Assembly (NCBI GenBank): GCA_046757525.1
Contig: JBHHYI010000030.1
Location: 1 to 32,865 of the forward strand
DNA length: 32,865 bases
Direction of reading: 5' to 3'
Source of the DNA: a bacterium
GTDB taxonomy: Bacteria > Zhuqueibacterota > Zhuqueibacteria > Oceanimicrobiales > Oceanimicrobiaceae
Positions 26,694-32,865 of this stretch are shown one piece after another; the first letter of the stretch is position 1, and each line of letters begins with the position of its first letter. The notes beneath the pieces are model-generated. The model saw nothing but the letters and a program-made list of their open reading frames with translations, did not search any database and was not told where the DNA came from. Made by a program: the position numbers and the translations under genes.

Positions 26694-27140
26694 ATGAAGA
26701 AAATAGGGTACATTCCGAGCATATTGGTTGCCCTGGGGGTGCTCGTCATTGGCATAGCGTTTATTCAAAGCAGCAAAGTTAAGAATGCCAGACTTCCCGA
26801 AAATTGGGCGTTCAAGCTACCCGATGGCAACGCCTCGGCCGGCGCAGCATTGGTTGTGAAGCTGCAGTGTTATAGCTGTCACCGGATGAAGCTGGCGTCG
26901 GAGACCTTCACCGGGGAAATGGGCGACATTGGTCCGGATTTGACGGTTAGCTACTCAAATTTGCCCAGAGAATACCTGGCTGAAGCAATCATCAAAGCCC
27001 ATTCAGTGGTTGCGGACCCTTCCTATGAGATAAGCCATGAACAGGCTGGCATGGGAAAATACAACCATTATTTGACCGTGGAAGAGATGTTAGATTTGGT
27101 GGCCTTTTTGAAACCGCCCCCGCAGCTTAGCATGAAATAG
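26694..27140 (+). CDS. Membrane-anchored/secreted monoheme cytochrome c
   Basis: N-terminal hydrophobic helix, GNASAG, CYSCH heme motif, GPDL, candidate axial Met (GMGKY), LT.EE..DLVAFL; GAGGAG RBS. Confidence 0.9.
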   Translation: MKKIGYIPSILVALGVLVIGIAFIQSSKVKNARLPENWAFKLPDGNASAGAALVVKLQCYSCHRMKLASETFTGEMGDIGPDLTVSYSNLPREYLAEAIIKAHSVVADPSYEISHEQAGMGKYNHYLTVEEMLDLVAFLKPPPQLSMK

Positions 27141-27228
27141 GAAAAATGACTTGGGTGCACTCGTCCAGCAGGCGTTTCAAACAGCTACCGGATTTCTCAG
27201 CTACTAAATAGAAAGTTGAGGTGAGATC

Positions 27229-27846
27229 ATGTTTGGCAGTTTGCGTTTTAAGAGCAGAAGCATGGCAGCCCGGGTCGACGTTTCTGCCTTTAAGGTGGAT
27301 TGGTCCAACATCTATGGGAAGCCTGTGGTACTCTTAAAGGAACTTTCTGGAGACCGCGTATGTCCGATCATCGTGGAAGACTCGCAAGCTCAGACCATCG
27401 AGGTCTTGCTCAATCAAATCTCCGAGGAACCGTACAAGCGGCCTCGACTGGTTTCAACCCTGCTCAAAAAACTAAAGGTGCGCGGTCTGCGGATAGAACT
27501 CATGCGGAACCATAGTCATGAAATCTTGGGCCAGGTGACTTATAATCGTGGTGGCGCCAATTCTTTTTCCCTGGAAAGTTCAGCCGGCGAAGCCATCGAA
27601 TTGGCGGTTCGTTGCAATCTTTCTATTTCGATTGCCGAGTCTCTACTGGCCGAGTTGAACGACGATGCTGAATCTGCAGAGAAGCACCAGGATGCGATCG
27701 ACCTGTTGAAGCAGAAATTGCAAGATGCCATCGAAAGCGAATCGTACGAGGAAGCTGCCCGGCTGAGAGATATGATTTTGGAATTAGAGGGAAAAAAGAA
27801 CTGGCCTCTGCACCCGCCTTTGATGCCACCTCCAAAAGGAGACTAA
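27229..27846 (+). CDS. Bifunctional nuclease (DUF151)-like protein with C-terminal UVR domain, divergent
   Basis: PVVLLKE..GDR..PI, RP, and EAIELAVR...I.I.E.LL; UVR motif LQDAIESESYEEAARLRDMI; GAGGTG RBS. Confidence 0.75.
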   Translation: MFGSLRFKSRSMAARVDVSAFKVDWSNIYGKPVVLLKELSGDRVCPIIVEDSQAQTIEVLLNQISEEPYKRPRLVSTLLKKLKVRGLRIELMRNHSHEILGQVTYNRGGANSFSLESSAGEAIELAVRCNLSISIAESLLAELNDDAESAEKHQDAIDLLKQKLQDAIESESYEEAARLRDMILELEGKKNWPLHPPLMPPPKGD

Positions 27847-27934
27847 AGGTGGGAAGAAACGCCTGAGCAGGCAACCTTGAGTCACCTTGTGTTGGACGAG
27901 AAGCTTATATTCATCTCAAAGGAGGTGAGCAAAT

Positions 27935-28609
27935 GTGGTTGCAAAATACCCGAAAGCCAATTTAAAGCTCCATTATCGCGAAACGCTTGAGTTGGCTCTC
28001 ATCGTTTCGTTGTTGATGGTCTTAGTAATCATGCACACCATGCCTAAAATAAAGGTTGGTTCCAGGGAGTTCCATGCCAGGGCGTTGGAAATAGAGGTGG
28101 AAAACATTCCTCCAACAGAACAAGTGAGGCAGACACCCCCACCGCCACGCCCTACGATTCCAGTGCCAACCGAGAACGAAGAGGTGCCCGAAGACCTAAC
28201 GATTGCCTCTACAGAATTGGACTGGACGCAATTACCACCACCGCCAGAGCGCCCCGTGGAAAATGACATCGACAAGGGCTACGTTTTTGTGCCCTACGAC
28301 AAACCACCGGCACCTATTGGTGGCATGGCAGCCATTCAAAAGCATCTTGGATACCCTGAGTTAGCGAGAAAGGCTGGCGTCGAAGGCCTGGTCGTCATCG
28401 GGGTGTTGATCGATGAGCACGGCAATCCCGTCAAAACGCAGATTCTGAAAGAGTCAAGGGTACACATCGGATTTGAAGAAGCAGCCCGGGCTGCGGTTAT
28501 GGCAGTCAAATGGAAACCGGCAAAACAACGAGACCGTACCGTCAAAGTGTGGGTGTCAATTCCCATTGCATTCAAACTGAAAGAATCGGAGCGCAGGCCA
28601 ATTTCGTAA
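27935..28609 (+). CDS. tonB: Energy transducer TonB
   Basis: N-terminal TM, Pro-rich linker (IPPTEQ...PPPPRP), C-terminal YPELARKAGVEGLVVI...WKPAKQ....V.V.V.IPIAF; GTG start after AGGAGGTG. Confidence 0.92.
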   Translation: MVAKYPKANLKLHYRETLELALIVSLLMVLVIMHTMPKIKVGSREFHARALEIEVENIPPTEQVRQTPPPPRPTIPVPTENEEVPEDLTIASTELDWTQLPPPPERPVENDIDKGYVFVPYDKPPAPIGGMAAIQKHLGYPELARKAGVEGLVVIGVLIDEHGNPVKTQILKESRVHIGFEEAARAAVMAVKWKPAKQRDRTVKVWVSIPIAFKLKESERRPIS

Positions 28610-28792
28610 CACCGCAGAGCCGCAACCGCAACGGAACGGCTTGCGTTATCAGGAATTCTCACGGCAACACCTGTTCGCGCTTCGTTCCTTAAAGGGGCCG
28701 TGCCGCATCCATGATGACTTTTTCTTTGTTGTAGAATTGCAAAAGGGTAAAGAAGGATTTTTTAGCATAAAGCGTTTTTGTCAGGAGAAGTC

Positions 28793-29158
28793 ATGACCGA
28801 CAAAATCTTACTCATTGAAAACGAAGAACACCTGCGGGGGCTGTACCAAATAGAGTTAGAAGAAGAAGGCTACAACGTGCTCGTTGCCGGCAACGGTCAT
28901 GAGGCCTTGACTCGATTACATCGGGAACCCGTCGACTTAGTAGTGCTCGACCTAAAACTTCCCGACGGCTCCGGGCTGGAATACTTGCAAGAAGTGTTGC
29001 AATTGCAGCGAGATGTAAAGGTGGTGATCAATACAGCCTATCCGACCTACAAACTGGATTTTCATACCTGGGCAGCGGATGCCTTCCTGGTCAAATCTTC
29101 GGATCTAAACGAGCTCAAAAGGACGATCGCCGGGTTGTTACACTCGGAAAGAAACTGA
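28793..29158 (+). CDS. Single-domain response regulator receiver protein
   Basis: KILLIENE, DLVVLDLKLPD.SG, VINTAY, FLVKS; ATG 28793 after AGGAGA. Confidence 0.92.
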   Translation: MTDKILLIENEEHLRGLYQIELEEEGYNVLVAGNGHEALTRLHREPVDLVVLDLKLPDGSGLEYLQEVLQLQRDVKVVINTAYPTYKLDFHTWAADAFLVKSSDLNELKRTIAGLLHSERN

Positions 29159-29439
29159 ACTACAACGCACAGAATTGCAATTCCAACACCGGGTTGGTGC
29201 CAAGCTTATCGTGCTTTTCTCCTGCCCTCAAGTTCCTCTTTGGCATACCCACACATCAGCGGTTTACCTTTCACAGAGATCAGATAAAACCGGTCTCATA
29301 ATGCAGAACCCGTGTTCAAGGAGGAAAAGTTTCCCGATTTCCCTCGACACTTGCAGCCGTATTCTGAAAATCCACTCAATTGAACAACTCACTCACACGG
29401 AGTTGCTGAAAGTGATTGAAGTCTACGCCAAAAACCGGT

Positions 29440-29560
29440 TGGCCCACGACCTCTGACGGTTGCGGCTGGCAAGGATACCATGGTAGCGGACTTTGAAATA
29501 CCCCTTCGGTCCGGCGGCTGCCGGATGGCCCAGCGTATGAATGCTGGCGGGTTTGGCCAT
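29440..29560 (-). pseudogene. Remnant of IS91-family (Y2) transposase
   Basis: PKGYFKVRYHGILASRNR resembles the conserved LPKGFxxIRxYG(I/L)LAxRxR motif; the rest of the transposase is absent. Confidence 0.55.
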
Positions 29561-30160
29561 GCAGGCTTTTTTTACGCCCGTTGAAATGCCACTTGAATCG
29601 TGCTGACGCTGATGGGCCGACTCTTGTCTTGCCCGAAAAAAAAGCCACAAGGTCGGACGGGGAGCACGCCAGTAGGTGCGTAACTCAGCAAGTATTTTCA
29701 CGCCGCAGAGTTTTTTTCACCTGATCCCTTGAATTTAATATCTTCTGTTGTTATCTTTAGAATATTGTAACCCGTCTTGCCCATTCTTTGCACACAAAGT
29801 TGACAATCGCAAACAAATTTGATCGGAGTCTGTGGCAGAGAGGTCGAAAAACTTCACCGCGCACGTCGCCCGGTGGCCTGCGGTTGAGGAGGTGAACCTG
29901 GTGGCGTTCAGGGAGGCCCCGAACACCACGCAAATGACCTACTTACGTCAGACCAGGGCAGGTGCCTGGTGGATTTCAACAAGCTCTTCGAAGGGCCTGT
30001 TGCAGATTTTCGTCGGCAGGTGAGAGAGGCCGAGAGCAACATCCTGCCGGAAGTGAAACCGTTGGAGATGGAAAAGACAGAGTAAGCTGCACTGTGCGCG
30101 AAAAACTTCGTTGCTACGTTTGAGCTTTTTGCCGTGATTAATCTGCAAGAGAAGGCTACC

Positions 30161-30979
30161 ATGGTTCATTATTTGCAAAATATGAAGAGGGTATTGCGGT
30201 CACTTGATAACCCTCTGAAAAAAATCGAGAACCTTCCTCAAAAAGACAGATTGGAAAGAGAGTTCTATGATAAAGAAGCGGAAAAATATTTGCGGGATTT
30301 CGATGAGGAACTGTTCTTGTACGATGAAAATGAAGCCTTACCGATAAGCCATCAGTACTTTTATTCTCTGTTGGAAGAGGTCCGCGGCAAGCATGTTCTC
30401 GACTGTTGTTGTGGCTACGGTTTCACGACGGTGAAGTGTGCAAAGCTTGGCGCGTTGGTAACCGGCGTAGATATTTCTCCTAAAATGATAGAGTTGGCAA
30501 AAAAAAACGCCCAATTCAATCAGGTTGCACAACGCGTAGATCTGCGAGTTATGTCTGTTGAAGAGATGAGTTTTCAAAACAACACGTTCGATTACGCAGT
30601 TGGTTTAGGGGCTTTGCACCACCTAAATCTAACGTTGTGTGGCAGAGAAGTATCTCGTGTACTCAAAGCGGGTGGAAAAGCCATATTTTTGGAACCGAGA
30701 ATACCGTTCAAAGGGCTCATTGTTCTCCGAAGCCTGGTTCCCGTGAAATGTTTTGAATCGCCGGGCGGTGCACAATTGAGCGACCGGGAAGTGCGGCAAT
30801 TAACGCAATATTTTTCGGCTTTTGACGCACAGTACTTTTTATTCCTTAGAAAAATATCCCGCTTGCCATTTTTTAACAAATTCTCAGTACAATTGGACCG
30901 AGTTGACTGCTATCTTCTCAAGAAATTCCCTTTTTTGAAAAGCCTTTATTGGGCCTTTGTTTTGGAATTTACAAAATAG
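30161..30979 (+). CDS. Class I SAM-dependent methyltransferase
   Basis: VLDCCCGYG, VTGVDIS, FDYAVG..ALHHL, RVLK.GG.AIFLEP. ATG 30161 chosen; GTG 30134 or ATG 30182 are also possible. Confidence 0.92.
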   Translation: MVHYLQNMKRVLRSLDNPLKKIENLPQKDRLEREFYDKEAEKYLRDFDEELFLYDENEALPISHQYFYSLLEEVRGKHVLDCCCGYGFTTVKCAKLGALVTGVDISPKMIELAKKNAQFNQVAQRVDLRVMSVEEMSFQNNTFDYAVGLGALHHLNLTLCGREVSRVLKAGGKAIFLEPRIPFKGLIVLRSLVPVKCFESPGGAQLSDREVRQLTQYFSAFDAQYFLFLRKISRLPFFNKFSVQLDRVDCYLLKKFPFLKSLYWAFVLEFTK

Positions 30980-31073
30980 TTCAAGCAAGGTGATTGTTGA
31001 CTTGCCTATGCCTAAGTAAGAGTGCCGTGAAAGTTGAGAGGTATGGTACTGAATTGGTTTTTGCGAGGGGATT

Positions 31074-32417
31074 GTGACGACCCGACTGCGGCAATGGTTG
31101 CGCCTTAATCGCACCGCGGTTGCCCTGTTCGTGGTCTCGTGTCTGACCAAGCTTGCGTTTACCATTCTGCTGGTTGCCGACCCCCATTTGTTTATTTACA
31201 ATCCGGACTCCGAAGGTTACCTGCAAATAGCGGAGAACCTCAACGAACACGGTCAGTTTTCCGAGTCAATCGCACCGCCTCTGGCACCCGATAACCTGCG
31301 CACGCCCCTCTACCCGCTGTTCCTCGCCGCTGTGCTATGGCTTTCCGGCGGCAGCCTGGTTGCGGTGGTTGTGGTACAGATTCTGTTGTCCTCGCTCACG
31401 GTCGTCGTGGTCTACCTTTTTGGACGAATTTTGCTGAGCGAGTTGAGCGGCAGGATTGCGGCCGTGCTGCTGCTGTTGGATTTGTCAGCATTTGTGTTTG
31501 CCAACGGCATTCTTACCGAAACGCTGTTCGCTTTGCTCTTCCTCGTGGCGGTCTTTGCTTTGTACCGCTACTTTGTTTCTCTGAAGTGGAGCTGGCTTTT
31601 TGTTGCCGCAGGCGTGCTGGGCCTTGCCGCGTTGTGCCGTCCCATCGCGCTCTATTTTTACACTCCGGCACTGCTGCTGTTTGTTGTGCGTTTTGGCTGG
31701 CGCTGGCGGGCTGTGCGCCAATGGTTGGTGTTTTCCGCTGCCTTTGCTGTTGTGGTGGCACCCTGGTTCGTGCGCAACTACGTTGTTTTCAGGGTGTGGA
31801 ATTTCACTTCCATTCACTACTTGCTCAACGCTGCCTATTTAGAAGCGGACCAACGCGGACTAACAGTGCAACAAGCCGAGCTTGTGCTGGAGGACGAAGC
31901 TGAACCACTCATGCCGGCGCAGGCCAACGAAGCACAGCGTGCCCGGGTGTACCGCCGGTTCGCGCTCGAGAAAATCCTCTCTGCTCCCTTGCGCTACACC
32001 AAAGTGCACCTCGCAGGACTCGTTCCCATGTTGATCGACAACAACGCACGCGACATCAGCTACTTTCTTGGCCATGGCAGGGGACTGACCGGGGCACGCG
32101 CGCTCTTCTTTCAACGCGGCCCGCAGGCAGGCTTGCGCGCTCTCTTTTCCGGCAAAGGTGGCCCGGCTTTGCTGGTCTTTTTCTTTTTGCTGATCTTGCA
32201 GTTGGTCGTCTACTTCTGTGCTGCGTACGGATTTGTCCTGGTGTGGCGAGGTGCTGGCCCTCTGCCTGCACTGCTGCTGGCTGCGGCCGCGGTCTATTTG
32301 GTCTTTTTGGCATTGCCAGCCGGTTCGGTGCGCTTCCGCTTTCCGGCCATGCCTTACTTGTATCTGCTGGCTGGATATGGCCTGGCAAGCATTTACCGTG
32401 TGACACGCCGAAAATGA
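31074..32417 (+). CDS. Polytopic membrane glycosyltransferase (GT39/PMT_2/ArnT-like)
   Basis: PDS.GY...A.NL, RTPLYPLFLA, ILTETLF, GLAALCRP, PWFVRNY, RFRFP; many TM segments. Confidence 0.88.
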   Translation: MTTRLRQWLRLNRTAVALFVVSCLTKLAFTILLVADPHLFIYNPDSEGYLQIAENLNEHGQFSESIAPPLAPDNLRTPLYPLFLAAVLWLSGGSLVAVVVVQILLSSLTVVVVYLFGRILLSELSGRIAAVLLLLDLSAFVFANGILTETLFALLFLVAVFALYRYFVSLKWSWLFVAAGVLGLAALCRPIALYFYTPALLLFVVRFGWRWRAVRQWLVFSAAFAVVVAPWFVRNYVVFRVWNFTSIHYLLNAAYLEADQRGLTVQQAELVLEDEAEPLMPAQANEAQRARVYRRFALEKILSAPLRYTKVHLAGLVPMLIDNNARDISYFLGHGRGLTGARALFFQRGPQAGLRALFSGKGGPALLVFFFLLILQLVVYFCAAYGFVLVWRGAGPLPALLLAAAAVYLVFLALPAGSVRFRFPAMPYLYLLAGYGLASIYRVTRRK

Positions 32418-32810
32418 TTAAAGACAAGATAATTCTTTTCTGGATTTTATCGTATCAATTTCTGTACTTATTTGATAAAGATTTCTTTCAGCGCCTTAGG
32501 TAAACTGAGAAATATTTCCAGCGAATGACGCCGAAGTCAGGAAAACTTAGCTGATTTTGGTTGCGGGTCTGCTGCTCAAAAGGCGCAACCAGGGCTTGCG
32601 CACTCCCAAACTGCCACCTTCCTTGGAGTGCTGAAGCCTTGCTTCAGCCTTTACAAAGCAAGTCTACGGTTTCGTGGACAGACTGGACTGCTGAAGTCTC
32701 GCCCCGCGGTGCCCCAGCAGGGCTTGCGCACGCCAAAGCCAACGCTCCCCAGGAGCAAAGACAGTGCCAACCAATTGTGTTGGCCTGGCTCCAGTCAACG
32801 GCCCGGCCCT

Positions 32811-32857
32811 TGACGGACCAGTCCGGCTCCTGACGGACCAGTCCGGCTCCTGACGGA
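32811..32857. repeat. 20-bp tandem repeat TGACGGACCAGTCCGGCTCC (about 2.3 copies)
   Basis: Exact tandem copies at the window end; contains the GTCCG..CGGAC hairpin. Confidence 0.8.
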
Positions 32858-32865
32858 TGCCTAAG

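Noticed and set aside
29170..29260. TGGCA motifs as further sigma-54 promoters
   Set aside because: They lack GC at the required GG-N10-GC spacing.
32414..32833. Small ORFs after the GT39 gene
   Set aside because: Short, without motifs, and partly running into repeat sequence.

Overview
Bacterial chromosomal window of about 50% GC. Its gene styles (TonB-dependent receptor, PorV/PorQ barrel, FlgD/T9SS-like C-terminal domain, GWxTD protein, hybrid two-component sensor) suggest an FCB-group organism such as KSB1 or Calditrichota; this assignment is inference. From left to right it holds: a four-helix-bundle gene bracketed by inverted 8-bp microrepeats, a 1421-aa hybrid two-component/AraC sensor, an HsdR remnant, a K+ channel, an FG-GAP propeller, KtrB/KtrA plus a TPR protein, a class II glutamine amidotransferase, a tandem USP and a PAS sigma-54 activator. 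Next comes a minus-strand cassette (sensorless sigma-54 activator, TonB-dependent receptor, T9SS/FlgD-tailed secreted protein, PorV/PorQ barrel, GWxTD protein) and divergent sigma-54 promoters. These are followed by NifB/NifX-like protein, cytochrome c, DUF151, TonB, a receiver protein, an IS91-like remnant, a methyltransferase and a GT39-like transferase. Intergenic DNA is rich in REP/MITE-like palindromic elements. The best candidate for an uncharacterised system is the sigma-54-wired receptor/T9SS-cargo/PorV/GWxTD cassette. No rRNA, tRNA or CRISPR array was seen. All family calls come from motif recognition by eye, without database searches.
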